From the NCBI GenBank assembly GCA_964016885.1, contig OZ024740.1, forward strand, positions 177,692,001 to 177,756,000: DNA of 64,000 nt. The letters run 5' to 3'. A program made the position numbers and the translations under genes. This DNA is from Eledone cirrhosa. Its lineage: Eukaryota. Positions 29,755 through 42,631 of this stretch are shown here, in pieces (positions within the stretch are counted from its first letter, which is position 1; each line of letters opens with the position of its first letter). The notes below the pieces were generated by a model. The model saw nothing but the letters and a program-made list of their open reading frames with translations. It did no database searches and was not told the DNA's origin.

Positions 29755-30741
29755 TATATAACTTATCTCTTTTACATAATGTCCTCTATAACTTATTTTC
29801 CATTATCTCTACTTCACATATATTATTATTACACCTATCGATAAATCATTAAATTCTTTTATATGACTGCTTGGAACTCCTTTAAAGAAAATTTTTTCTT
29901 GATAAATTTTTTTCTTGATAAACTTACTGAAGGGTTTAAGAAAATTTTTTGAAAATTCCTTTGAAGGGTATAGAAAAATTATATCTTATATTTTATATTT
30001 TTATATTTTTATACTTTTATATTTTTATATTTTTCAAAGGTTTAATATATATATATATCCAAATGTTTAAAATATATATATCCAAATGTTTATATATATG
30101 CGATAAACATAGTGTTTTTGATGTATGTGTGGTATAACCTAGAATTTATGCTTTAAATATATTTTGTAAATATATTCTTATGAAAATTTCTTTTTAAATG
30201 TTATGACTTTATAACAAGTAAATTTATGTTTTAAATGTTATGACTTTATAACAAGTAAATTTATGAATTTATAAATTTATGACTTCGTATAAAATAACAT
30301 AAAGTTCATGTTCTAATTACATTCTTAAAATAGAAAATTTTACTTTTTAACTTCTTAACCTTATAGCATTTAATCCTTAGAGTCATCTGAGTTATTAATA
30401 AATTACTAATAACTTCCTTTACACTTTACTGCTATTATAATACAAATAAGGGATTATTTTCTGTAAACACTCGGAATTTCCATAAATTTAGAATTATTTG
30501 GATATTTTAAATTTTTAACTTACAATTTTTTAATAATTAATAGTATATATATTTTATAATAATATGTATATTTTTTAATATATTTTTTTTAATAATATAT
30601 AATAGTTTTTAATATTTTTTTATTTTTTTATTTTTTGATAATCTAACATACATATTTAAACTAATTATTAAATTATTAATTAAACATTTAATCAAATTTA
30701 TTAATTAAACCTTTAATAAAAATGTTCAACCTATCATTATA

Positions 30742-30865
30742 AATAATTGTTTCTACTTTTGGCACAAGGTCAGCAATTATTCAATGCATTACTGGTACTT
30801 TATTCTATCGACCCCGGAAGGATGAAAGGCAACGTTAACCTCGGCGGGATTTGAACTCAGATCAT
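30742..30865 (-). mobile_element. SINE family A fragment nested in the Penelope 3' region
   Basis: Reverse complement of B box, core and tail. Confidence 0.8.
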
Positions 30866-31790
30866 AATCTCGCCGAAATGTAGTCAAAACATAATGAATC
30901 CTGCTGTATTATTCATCCACGCTATATTCGTTTCTTCGCTTCTTCTTTCCTATCACGTAAACACACGCTATATTTGTCCTTATAACTAATATTTTCTCTC
31001 ACTTAAATATAATCACGCTATACACTTTCCACTGGCAAAATATATATAAACATTTCTTTTTCTCTTTCTTTCTTCTCTCTCCATCACAATATCACTCTCT
31101 TCCAACGGTTTAATTTAAATATACCGTTATTTAAAACTTTCGGACACTCATTTGCATACTCAATCATAAACTTATATCACCCTCAATAAATCTAATATCT
31201 CCACTATCCAGGAAGCTCCAACCGTTAAGGTTGTCTTTTTTGTCAAAATCATAATCTATAAAGCTCAGTGTGAGGTCATGCTCCTTTCTTATAGAAATCT
31301 ACGATATAGAATTTCTTCAATTGAAATTTACAATTCAGTATTCGAAATAGTTTCGATTGCGTCTTGGCACATCTCATTTTTTCAATTTCACCCTCAATTA
31401 CGCAAAAAATAGATAAAACTCAATATTTTACGATTTTTATCTGTCATTTAAACTGCTAAACTCTTTCCACTACCATTCAAAATCTATACAACTTCATACT
31501 TTCTGCTAATTTCTCTTTCCAAGCTTGATGGTGATACTGTCCGTATTAGTCTGTCATATCATCTTCTTACCTCTGTCTACAACCCACACATATTGCTACT
31601 TTCTCTTTTATACTTCAAATTATTATATTTCATACGAAACGACAATTATTCAAAAGCAACAGATACATTTATTCAACAAGCGATAAATCTTTTTTAAAAC
31701 CTCTTTTCCAAACGCATACAAACACACACTCACTTCAACAACAACAACAACAACAACAATCTGCCTTTTATAGATAATGATAAACAATAA

Positions 31791-32065
31791 TATCCTCTAT
31801 GAGGTCACTAAACCTGCTCGAAACAGCAGCTAACTCTCCCCCATATCACACCCATCCCTACTGTCTTCAATTTAGTAAACATATCTTCTATGAGGTCACT
31901 AAACCTGCTAGAAACAGCAGCTAACTCTCCTCCATATCACACCACTCCCTACTGTCTTAAATTTAGAAAACACATATCCTCTATGAGGTCACTAAACCTG
32001 CTAGAAACAACAGCTAACTCTCCCTCATATCACAACCCTCCGTACTGTCTTAAATTTAGAAAACA
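31791..32065. repeat. Three tandem copies of a ~91-93-bp unit
   Basis: tatcctctatgaggtcactaaacctgctagaaacagcagctaactctccc...ctactgtcttaaatttag x3; unit resembles the reverse complement of a dispersed repeat seen near 4960-5020 and 22300-22345. Confidence 0.9.
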
Positions 32066-32322
32066 CACAGACAACCATGCAGAACAACTCCATCGCAGCT
32101 CTGTTGTTCGGCTGGCATCATCTACGCGCGTGTTGCGCAAGTACTGTGAAGCAATAAATTTCAACACTTGTTTGCACAGAGATAATATCCATAGGCGAAA
32201 CTACAATTGTCACTGCTGGCGCAGCTCCTGATTCCAGGTGTGCAATTCATTCACCCAGTGCCTGGCAGACAAAAAGTGCTGCCATAAAATGGGTGGTGCA
32301 ACCTAACTTTGGTAACTTAATG

Positions 32323-32353
32323 ACCCCGAGCAACGCGGGGCTTTAATGCTAGT
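32323..32353 (+). mobile_element. Helitron-like 3' terminus
   Basis: GC hairpin ccccgagcaacgcgggg followed 8 nt later by CTAG-T. Confidence 0.55.
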
Positions 32354-32378
32354 ATATGTATAAAACTAATCTGTATTG

Positions 32379-32444
32379 TATTTTATCTGATGAAAGCGCA
32401 CCATAATTTGCCTTGGTGGCCCTTGAAATATGTATAATAAAATA
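32379..32444 (+). ncRNA. Type I hammerhead ribozyme
   Basis: CTGATGA at 32387-32393, GAAA at 32425-32428, stem I tattttat/ataaaata. Confidence 0.8.
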
Positions 32445-32482
32445 AATATGGTTTTATAAATATAGTTTCCATCTGTTAATAT

Positions 32483-32588
<106 letters not shown>

Positions 32589-32659
32589 TATATGATATAT
32601 ATATTATATATATATAATACATATATATGTATGTATACATATATATATATACATTTGTG

Positions 32660-32726
<67 letters not shown>

Positions 32727-32763
32727 TTGTATATATATATATGTATGTATATATAAATACATT

Positions 32764-32801
<38 letters not shown>

Positions 32802-32821
32802 CATTTGTATATATATGTATG

Positions 32822-32859
<38 letters not shown>

Positions 32860-32933
32860 TATTATATATATTATATATATATGTGTATATATATACATTT
32901 GTATAGATATGTATGTATATATATATGTATGTG

Positions 32934-32967
<34 letters not shown>

Positions 32968-32968
<1 letters not shown>

Positions 32969-33086
32969 GAGGCGCGTGGCTGAGTGGTTAGAGAACCGGA
33001 TTCACAATCGTGAGGTTGTGAGTTCGATTCCCGAACCGGGCGATGCGTTATCTCCTTGAGCAATACACTTTATTTCACGTTGCTCC
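32968..33086 (+). mobile_element. SINE family B 5' part (well-preserved tRNA-like head)
   Basis: ggaggcgcgTGGCTGAGTGGtt (A box)...gaGTTCGATTCcc (B box)...ccttgagcaatacacttt. Confidence 0.8.
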
Positions 33087-34479
33087 TTCTACCTGGAGTT
33101 GCGACCGATAGATAGTATTAGCAATTGGAAAGACCAACGGAAACATTGTTCCCTCGGTCCGATTTGACGAAAGTCGATCGACTGTCGATATATATATATA
33201 TACATTTGTATGTATATATATATATATATATTGTAAAAAGCATATTTAAATAAAGAAAGAAGCAAATGTGTAAATAGAGAGACGAATAAAGTGATGGATT
33301 TAGTTTTCCTTCATTTCATCCGGAACTTGTAGCAGGTGCAGCAACAACAATAGCATCAAGAACAACAACAGTAACACTATTAATATTATTTTGAACACCA
33401 CCGCCACCGCCACCGCCAACAATAACAGCAACAATAACAATATAGGAACCAACACTATTGGTTTCAATAACAACATTACCAACCACAACTACAACAAAAA
33501 ATAACAGCAGCAATAATAATATTAGTGATGATGATGACGATGGTGATGATGATGATGATAACAATAGTAATATTAAAAATAAAAAAATAATAATAACACC
33601 AACACTACCAACAACAATAATAGCAGCAATAACAATCACAACACCACGAGCAATCACAATAACCATATCAATAACAGATGAATTGTCACAGACGTTAGAG
33701 CGTAGGACAAAATGCTCCGCGGTATTTGTTCCGCTGAAGTCAACTTTGCCTTTCATTTTTCGGGGTTAATATAACAGAGGGCCATTCAAGGAGGGTGGGA
33801 TGGTGGGCTTGTTTGATTGTCGAATGAAATGCTTTGTAATCTTTGTTCTGGTTCTGTGTGTTCAAATCCCACGGTGGCCTATTTGGCTGGTATATTTAAT
33901 TCATTGCCCAATTCATTATAATCCGGCTATTAGATGACTTTAGCGAGGTTCACTCTATTGCAAACATACGTTCCAGGTCTCAAGTTTGAGGATACTTTAC
34001 GACCTCCCTCCCCAAAGTCTCCGAGGCCCTGAAAAGTGTCATTCACTGCCTAAACAAGGAATAAAATAAATACAGTTTTAACAGCAATAAGGAAGACTCT
34101 ACTTGGGCTCCTGACCAGTTAAACACGGCAGTTAAATTTCCCTCAAATAACACTCTAATCTTAAAAATAGGAAAGGACTTATTAGCTAATGTAGTTCAAA
34201 CCTCCCTAAATTTAATGTCATATCTCTGACCAGGTTTGACCTGGGACTAAGCAACAATAACTATAACATATTGATGACGAAAGAGACGAAGAAGCATCTA
34301 ATCCTGCTAGGAGAAAAAATAATAAAAATCTCTCCATAATCAGGTCTTATTCCCTTGAAAAACACATTGGTTAATATTACTATAGATGCACTATATCTGG
34401 AAATGCGGGTGGGTGGTCACGTCTGGAATGTTCTTTATCATAGGTCAGCACAATTAGGCACAATCAGCGTTTAAAGGTA

Positions 34480-34721
34480 AACAGAAAGAAAGAAAATAGA
34501 GAGAAAAAAAGAAAGCGGGAAGGAAAAATTGAAGGAAAAAAAGAAAGGGAAAGAGAGAGAAAAGGAAAAATAAAGAAAGAAAAGAAGAAAGATGAAAAAG
34601 AAAAAGGAAAAGACAGATAAAAGGGAAGAAGAAAACAAAGTGAGAAGCAAAAACGAAGAGAATGGGGGGTGGACAGAATGCGGGTGAGAAGAAGAGAAGA
34701 ATAAGTAAGTAAAGGAAGGAA

Positions 34722-34815
<94 letters not shown>

Positions 34816-34875
34816 AATGAGAGAAGGAAAGAAGAGAAGAAAAGCAAAGTAAAGTAAAGGAAGGAAGACAGAAAG
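34480..34875. repeat. Purine-rich tract with (GAAA)n
   Basis: Directly visible. Confidence 0.9.
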
Positions 34876-35252
34876 AAAATACCCTGGGTAGGGGGAATGG
34901 AATTGTATAGTGTCGGTGATTATTTTGACTTAGTCACCTTATAATACATGTAACCTCACCTTTCTGGATGTTGGTCGATTGTAGTTGTTATTGGACACCG
35001 TACCACAAGGTCAACAGGTTCATATACCACCACGTGGTCCATCTCCATTTACTGCTCTATACATGGGCACGTGGATATTTTGTCTATTTGTTTGAGGCGT
35101 TTGCTTCGCCACGCTTCTACCTGGTAGCAGTTTGTTCAAGTCGCATGGCATCTTGGACACAATAAGTATCTTCTACAATGACTTCATATCTTAGGAATGA
35201 CCAAAGCTTTGCAAGTGAAATTTGACACACATAAAAATGTTCACATGTATAT

Positions 35253-35293
<41 letters not shown>

Positions 35294-35344
35294 TTCACAC
35301 ACACACACACACACACACCATATATACATTTTATAATTATTTCA

Positions 35345-35500
35345 GCATAGAGTTATGGCCGTTTATGTTCTGAGTTCAAAGGTTAACTTTGCCTTTCATC
35401 TTTACGTGGTCGATAAAATAAAGCACCAGTAATGCACTGGGGTCGATTTAATCGACTTTCCCTTCCTCAAACATTGCTGGCCTTGTGCCTAAATCAGAAA
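35345..35500 (+). mobile_element. SINE family A, longer-tail variant
   Basis: Core plus ggggtcgatttaatcgactttccc segment absent from the short variant. Confidence 0.7.
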
Positions 35501-35616
35501 CCCTTAATTATTAACGTAATACAGACAACTATTTTATAATCTCCGCTGCGAATAATTAGTTTAACTATGAGCGGCACAGCAGTAGTAGTAGTAGTAGCAA
35601 CAGTAGCAGCAGCAGC

Positions 35617-35673
<57 letters not shown>

Positions 35674-36169
35674 TATATTGTTGTTGTCGTTGTGGCTAGT
35701 GAGGGTTATGGTGGTGTTTAACTCCCTAATCAGAAATGGCCAGCATGCGTATTTTTCAAAATCTTTATTTAAACGTAATACATGAAAGACTGAAATATTC
35801 AGTGCTCTTCGTTTTGTTAATATAGTAGGGTTCATTTTACTACTATTTCTAGCAAGTCAATAGATCAGCTCCAGTTCTGTTAGGCAATGGCGTAGAGAGA
35901 AACTAAATATTTACGGAACTCAATAACTTGCTATACATCAGTCTATTTGTCTGTCCTTCATTTTAACTTCTCATTTTATATCTCCCTGAATCAGAATTGA
36001 CAGATTGAGCAAAAAGTAGCAAAGTACACTACTTTCAGGACTAATTTTATAAATTTAAGCTACTTGCTACTTTAAAATTGTAATTTCTAAATCTAAGATA
36101 CCTATTTTTTTTCTTTATTTTTTTCATCCAAACTCTATTAATGCAGTGTATTTTTTCTCGTTTCCAGTT

Positions 36170-36575
36170 CAAGTTTTGGAAAGAAAGAAAATGAAATAGC
36201 TCACGCTACATGCCACCACTACAAATGAAATGAAACCAAGGAACAGTCCGCCTCGTGGTCCCAGCGGACAGGAGGGAGAAGACATTGCCCCGGAGGACGA
36301 CGACGGAGATGCGCTGGAACAGCCGCTTAACCGTGCGAGGCTCGCACTTGCGGATAGCCACCTGCGCTCCGATAGCAGTGCGTAGGGACGTGGGCCGGGG
36401 GTCAAGAACGCCAGAAGTTTCCACTGCCACAGGCTCAACGACAAACCAACCACAGAGCGGCCGATAATTTGGCAGCTTGCCCTCTTCGGCCTGGCGGGCA
36501 ACGAAGCCTGGACTGGTATTCAAACGTCTCAGATTGCCACTAGAGAAGGTGTCACAATATATAGTGTCCCAGATC
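36170..36575 (-). mobile_element. CRE-like non-LTR retrotransposon 3' end (RLE C-terminus)
   Basis: IWDTIYCDTF...ARQAEEGK..YRPL..FVVEPVAVETSG...LFQRISVVVLRGN motif. Confidence 0.75.
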
Positions 36576-37263
36576 CCTATTACATTTCACTAAATTATCA
36601 ACTAAGTAAATTAGAACTGACTTTCAAGCAGAGTCGTCGTCATAACAGCATTATACTCCCTCACCCCTTTGTAAAGCAATGTACTGGAGTCATATGCACA
36701 CAAAACTACAACATACATACATTATCATTGAGTCCCTTGCCATGGTGAGCCTCCGTATAATAAGGCAATCCTTATATACAAATATATATATTAGGCTGGC
36801 CCTTATTTTTCAACTTTCTAAAAGTTTAGCTCCCGTCTTGTTTCAATTAACAAAAAACCAATCTATGCAAAATTTTAGCGCAAGCGGACAACTGCAAGGC
36901 GACCCCCATTGACCGTGAAATTTTGAAGTTTTCGCCCGGAAAGTCATTTTTCAAGATAAAATTTGTTTATCTCTTATATAATTTTCTCTTAAATTAAAAA
37001 CTTGTTCAGACTTATTCTTGGAATTAGAAGGAAAAATTACAATAAATATAATGGGGAAGGCAATTTGCAAAGCGCAGGTATAGGGCAAACACCTATTTAT
37101 ATATGTATACGGATGTATACGGATATATGTATATTAGGGTGATAGGTAATTTTCTGAAAGTTAAAATTTTGCTACTCCCACAGCGAAAAATAGGTGTTTG
37201 CCCTATACCTGCGCTTTGCAAATTTGCAAATTTGGCTGAGAGAAATGAGTACTCGGTATTGAG

Positions 37264-37351
<88 letters not shown>

Positions 37352-37432
37352 GCTCATTACTATCCTTGCTTTCATATTTCTCCTTGCTCCCCTTTTCTCA
37401 TTGTATTTGTATATAAACAAGTACGTAGATAC

Positions 37433-38215
37433 AATGAGAAGGAGAGAGCAAGGAAAGCAATGAGAAATGAGAGCAAGGAGAGCAATGAGAAATGAGAGCA
37501 AGGAGAGCAAGGAGAGCAATGAGAAAAGGAGAGCAAGGAGAGCAATGAGAACAGGAGAGCAAGGAGAGCATGAGAAAAAGAGAGCAAGGAGAACAAGGAG
37601 AGCTATGAGAAAAGGAGAGCGAGGATAGTAAGGAGAAAAAGCGAGCAAGGAGAGCTATGAGAAAAGGAGAGCGAGGATAGTAAGGAGAAAAATAGAGCAA
37701 GGATAGCAAGGAGAAAAGGAGCGCAAGGAGAAAAGAACAGGAGAGCAAGGAGAGCAAGGAGAAAAGGAGAGCTAGGACAGAAAGGAGAAAATGAGAGCAA
37801 TGATAAAAGGAGAGCAAGGAGAGCAAGGAGAGCTATGAGAAAAGAAGAGCGAGGAGAGAAAGGAGAAAATGAGAAGAAGGAGTGCAATGAGAAAAGGAGA
37901 GCAAGGAGAGCAATGAGAACTGGAGAGCAAGGAGAGCATGAGAAAAGGAGAGCTATGAGAAAAGGAGAGCGAGGATAGTAAGGAGAAAATGAAAGCAAGG
38001 AGAGAATGAAAGCAAGGAGAGCAATGAGAAAAGGAGAGAAAGGAGAAAATGAGAGCAATGAGAAAAGGAGAGCAACGAGAGCAACGAGAAAAGGAGAGCA
38101 ATGATAAAAGGAGAGCAAGGAGAGCAAGGAGAGCTATTAGAAAAGGAGAGCGAGGAGAGAAAGGAGAACAAGGAGAACAAGGAGAACAATGAGAAAAGGA
38201 GACCAAGGAGAGCAA
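37433..38215. repeat. Purine-strand minisatellite built from GGAGAGCAA / TGAGAAAA modules
   Basis: Directly visible mosaic tandem array. Confidence 0.9.
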
Positions 38216-38329
38216 GAACAGTTTATGGCAAATATTGCTCAAGTTATGCTGGAAACATACAAAAGGAGAAGAGGAAGAATAAAAAAATCAACTGAAGAGG
38301 TACATTCTGCACCAAAATGACTTTTCTTC

Positions 38330-38620
38330 CTTTGCAAACATCGAGTTTTCGTCTTTTGTAACTCCTGGTAACAAACTTTCTTCATGAGATTTTCTATCAG
38401 CACCGATTTCCTTGACACAGAAGGATGATCCTGGTTACAAAAGTGGACTTGAAAACTTGAGAAGACAGTTGTGAATGATGTTGCAGAAAGATTTGTCAAA
38501 CTCATTCAGGATTACAATAACATTCTCAGAAATGATGAAACTGAGAAACAATTTTTTTTACAGATCATTACCGAAAACCATAAAACATAGCCAACTGCCA
38601 CTAAATCCTCTCTTATCTAA
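38330..38620 (+). pseudogene. Transposase C-terminal fragment (hATm-like)
   Basis: Manual translation VVNDVAERFVKLIQDYNNILRNDETEKQFFLQIITENHKT*P; not in the ORF track. Confidence 0.7.
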
Positions 38621-38621
38621 A

Positions 38622-38797
38622 AATAATTATTTCTACTTTTAGCACAAGGCTAGCAATTTACTCAGTGTATTACTGGTTCTTTATTTCATCTACCACGTAA
38701 GGATGAAAGGCAAAGTTAACCTCGGCGTGATATGAACTCAGACCATAAAGGGCTGTAACTCTTTGCAGCAAAGCATGGCGTCCAACCCTCAACCGAT
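38622..38797 (-). mobile_element. SINE family A nested in the hAT remnant
   Basis: Reverse complement of the family consensus. Confidence 0.8.
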
Positions 38798-39317
38798 AAA
38801 AAATGGTGTTCAATATTCAGTGTTCAGTGTTCATATTGTGTTTTTGATTCTACAGAAATTATTGTTGTTTGAGGGTCGCCTAACAATTGTCCAATTGAGC
38901 TGAAATTTCGCACACGCCGTGATTTTGTTAGTTGAGACTGGATTAGGGGGTGGGAGCAGCAAAATTTAACTTTCGGAAAATTGAAAATTACCTATTGCTA
39001 AGGGCCACCCTATTATATATACATGTATATATATATATATAACCCCCCCCCACACACACACACACACACATACACACACACTCTCAAGAGCGTGAACCTA
39101 ATAAACCTTTATTTGTCTGTCTCTCTGTTTCGTTCCAGTCCAAATTTGCACTATATATATACTATATATATATGTGTGTAAAAGGTAAATAGAAATAACA
39201 ACACAATCGGTACAGTATGTGGAAGAGATATATTAGGTTAACGCTTGATATAGCAGGAAGAGGGTCTTATATATATACATATATATATGTGTGTGTGTGT
39301 GCGCGTGTGTGTATGTC

Positions 39318-39865
39318 GGATGGTAGCTAAGATGTTTCCATAGGCGATATGCCGGTTGAGCACTCTATGCTCTTACAGAGCAGAGTATGATATAATATAA
39401 AACTAAAAATCAGTGTTGCATCTAAACTCAATTTATTGTGTGTTGCAATAGTTTCGTCGGCGGACAGCTCGAGACGCGATCATTGTGTGGATCTGTCTGA
39501 TTCTGGACCCGCAGGTTCGACGGATACGTCTAATGATTTCCGAGCATATTCTTCCACTGGGTATCTGACCCTGTTGGCCAGTACGGTCAAAAACTTCATC
39601 ATCTTCGCGCGACGAGTGATATATATATATATATTGAAAATTGCAAACTGGACTGTCACCACTGAATATGAACCTGAAGATTGCGAAAGCATGAAAGTAC
39701 TTGTTCAATTAACACTTATCATTTAATATTCTACCATACTATTTCATTATAATATCATTATAATTTTAAAAGATTGTAAATAAAACGAGTAAATCAGACA
39801 AAGTTGGAATTCTTTTTATTAATATAATCTTCTATACACAATCATACACACCCGTGTATATTTAT

Positions 39866-39919
<54 letters not shown>

Positions 39920-40490
39920 TAAAAAAAACGAAAAATCAGTGATGCATCTGGACTCAGTTTATTGCGTGTTACAATTGTTTCGCCGGCAGGTAGCTCGAGA
40001 TATGATCACTGTATGGATCTGGCTGATTCTACGGCAGCAGGTTCCTTCGGACACGGGCAGTTCGTTCGAAGCAAATTTTCTCACGTGTGGATAATGGTAG
40101 CTATGGTGCTTCCATAGGCGGTATGCCAAAATTAGCACTCAATATTCATACAGAGCAGAGTGTGGATAGTATAAAAAAACGAAAAATCAGTGATGCATCT
40201 GGACTCAGTTTATTGCGTGCTACAATTGTTTCGCCGGCAGGTAACTCGAGACATGATCACTGTATGGATCAGGCTGATTCTACGGCTGCAGGTTCCTTCG
40301 GACACGGGCAGTTCGTTCGGAGCAAATTTTCTCACTAAGAAACGAACTGCCCGTGTCCGAAGTAACCTGCAGCGGTAGAATCAGCCAGATCCATACAGTG
40401 ATCATGTCTCGAGCTACCTGCCGGCGAAACAATTGTAACATGCAATAAACTGAGTCCAGATGCATCACTGATTTTTCGTTGTTTTATACT
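39318..40490. repeat. 251-bp-period repeat cluster: old copy 39318-39540, tandem copies 39915-40334, inverted copy 40340-40490
   Basis: aaaatcagtgatgcatctggactcagtttattg recurs at 39932 and 40183 and inverted at ~40445-40475. Confidence 0.9.
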
Positions 40491-40497
40491 ATATATT

Positions 40498-40582
<85 letters not shown>

Positions 40583-41064
40583 AATTGCAAAATATGAGGA
40601 AATAATAGACAAAAATATACCTATTTTTTCTTCAAAGTCTCGACAGCAGTTTCCCCGATCCGTGCATTTGTGCATTATAGAAATGCATCATCGTTATGAG
40701 GCAAATCGGATTTTCAAGAGACACCTCAGGAAAAAGGAGTGTTTCCTTGAAGCACTTGCAGCAAGTAAGAAAATCTCTATTGGCGGAGAGAGGAATTAAT
40801 ACTTGATCAATCGGCCAATACATATATATATATATTTTGGGATACCTTCTTATGCAGTCCACTATTGCCTGAACATGTTCTACTCTTCAGAAAATCGATT
40901 TGGCAACTCTGCACCGCAATAAAGTTATCTATTACTTCCACTGCTTTCCATAAGCATCAGAAATGTTTGTCTGGGTCAAATAAATCAATTACACCCCTTT
41001 TTGAATTTTGTCGTCCTGTATCAACTTAAAGACTTCTCACACACTCATACACACACACATGCAT

Positions 41065-41194
<130 letters not shown>

Positions 41195-41286
41195 TATATA
41201 GTAATAATAATAAATTTGAAGACTAAAATCCAAAGAGGGCTCGATAAGGATAAATATATATCAAATATATAATAAGCGTAGAGCAA

Positions 41287-41399
41287 ATATTTATTAAAAT
41301 AACAGATTAAAGTTTAAGCAAAGAATCGCTGCTTACACCTGTTAAGGGTGAAAGCAGCGATTCTTTGCTTAAACTTTAATCTGTTATTTTAATAAATAT
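41287..41399. repeat. Near-perfect hairpin (~50-bp arms)
   Basis: atatttattaaaataacagattaaagtttaagcaaagaatcgctgctt and its reverse complement around acacctgttaagggtga. Confidence 0.9.
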
Positions 41400-41418
41400 A
41401 TATATATATATATATATA

Positions 41419-41484
41419 CAGGGTGTCCCCGAACTTCAAGAGTATAATAATCAAAGTGTGTATACATGATTTTGCGACACCCTG
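41419..41484. mobile_element. Tiny Tc1/mariner-type MITE
   Basis: TA-cagggtgtc...gacaccctg-TA; related to 52514-52612. Confidence 0.65.
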
Positions 41485-41622
41485 TATATATATATATATG
41501 TAGGAGGTGAGTTTTATTGTAGCACAATAAAGCAATGCAAACATCGGATAAGTAGCACTCAACAGTTATAGGACTGGAGTATAAATAATATAAAATCAAA
41601 AGATGGTTAAAAGAGTTCCATG

Positions 41623-41693
41623 TATTTTATTATACGCATTTCAAAAACAAATATCATCATGGGATGATATTTGCGTTCTCATCAGATAAAATA
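41623..41693 (-). ncRNA. Type I hammerhead ribozyme with extended stem II
   Basis: tattttat-CTGATGA-gaacgcaaatatcatc-ccat-gatgatatttgttttt-GAAA-tgcgta-TA-ataaaata. Confidence 0.8.
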
Positions 41694-42631
41694 GGGAGAC
41701 ATGATATGAAGCTTAAAAAACACTTGCGAGCAGTGAAGTGTCAAATCAACATATGAAAAATAAAATTAGAGGGATATATGAGATTGGAAAAAAGGAAAGG
41801 ATGAAGAAAAGAAAAGGTAAGGAAGAGGAAGAAAAAATATAGATAGAAGAAAAAAAAATAATAATAAGGAAAGGATGACGAAGGAGGAGTATAAGAAGGA
41901 AGGATGAGAGAGAAGGAGAAAATGAGTGAGAGAGATATATATAACCTTTAATACTGAGAAACACTGTCTCACAGAGAAAAATAAAAAAAACCGTTGTAAG
42001 ATAATACATAATTTTAAAAAATTAAGAAATTAAAAGTTAATGAGATTTATGAATGGTGATGCTTATGATTAAAGAAAAAGGAATTAAGAATACTATTTAT
42101 TTAAGGTTTATATATTGAAGGGTTTGATAAGATGTGCGAAAAGGAATTTATTAAAATGTATTATTAAAATAAAATATATTAAGAAGATAAGGTTAAATGA
42201 ATTATGACTTAGAGGAATTAATTAGGGTCAGAGTTTGTTTCTATATATTGTAATAGGAAAAAGTAAATAATAGAGTTAATACGATCATGGAAAGAGAGAA
42301 GAAAGAAAAAATTCAAGGAAGAAAAAATATATAACGTCAAAAAAATATGTTTACAAAATTTCTCTAATGGTAATATTAGTATATATTAAAAATAAAAATT
42401 TGTATGGCCGAGAATATAAGGAAAATGCTATAGTGAGTTATAAGATGAATTAAGAAGTAATTGAGAAGTAAAAGTTGCAGATTAAAGATTAGAAATTAAA
42501 AAAAGAAGAAAGATTAGGGGACCGCTAACGACATAGTATGAGTAATATTGTATAATATACTGAAATAAGGTAGAAAGATGGGTATATTTGTAAAAAATAT
42601 AAAAGTGTTTGAGAAAAAGATTTTAAACTAA

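Larger units (their letters stand above)
36792..39012 (+). mobile_element. hAT (hATm-like) DNA transposon remnant
   Basis: TIRs taggctggccctta / tagggtggccctta (13/14 match); near-identical 8-bp AT flanks; transposase C-terminal remnant inside; nested SINE and minisatellite. Confidence 0.65.

Noticed and set aside
31791-32065. CRISPR-like regular repeats
   Set aside because: Whole ~92-bp unit is repeated with no unique spacers; eukaryotic context and no cas genes
32968-33050. tRNA gene-like sequence with A and B boxes
   Set aside because: No proper acceptor stem; continues into a SINE body present in several copies
37398-38242. Long L/S/F-rich minus-strand ORFs resembling membrane proteins
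   Set aside because: Antisense reading of the purine minisatellite
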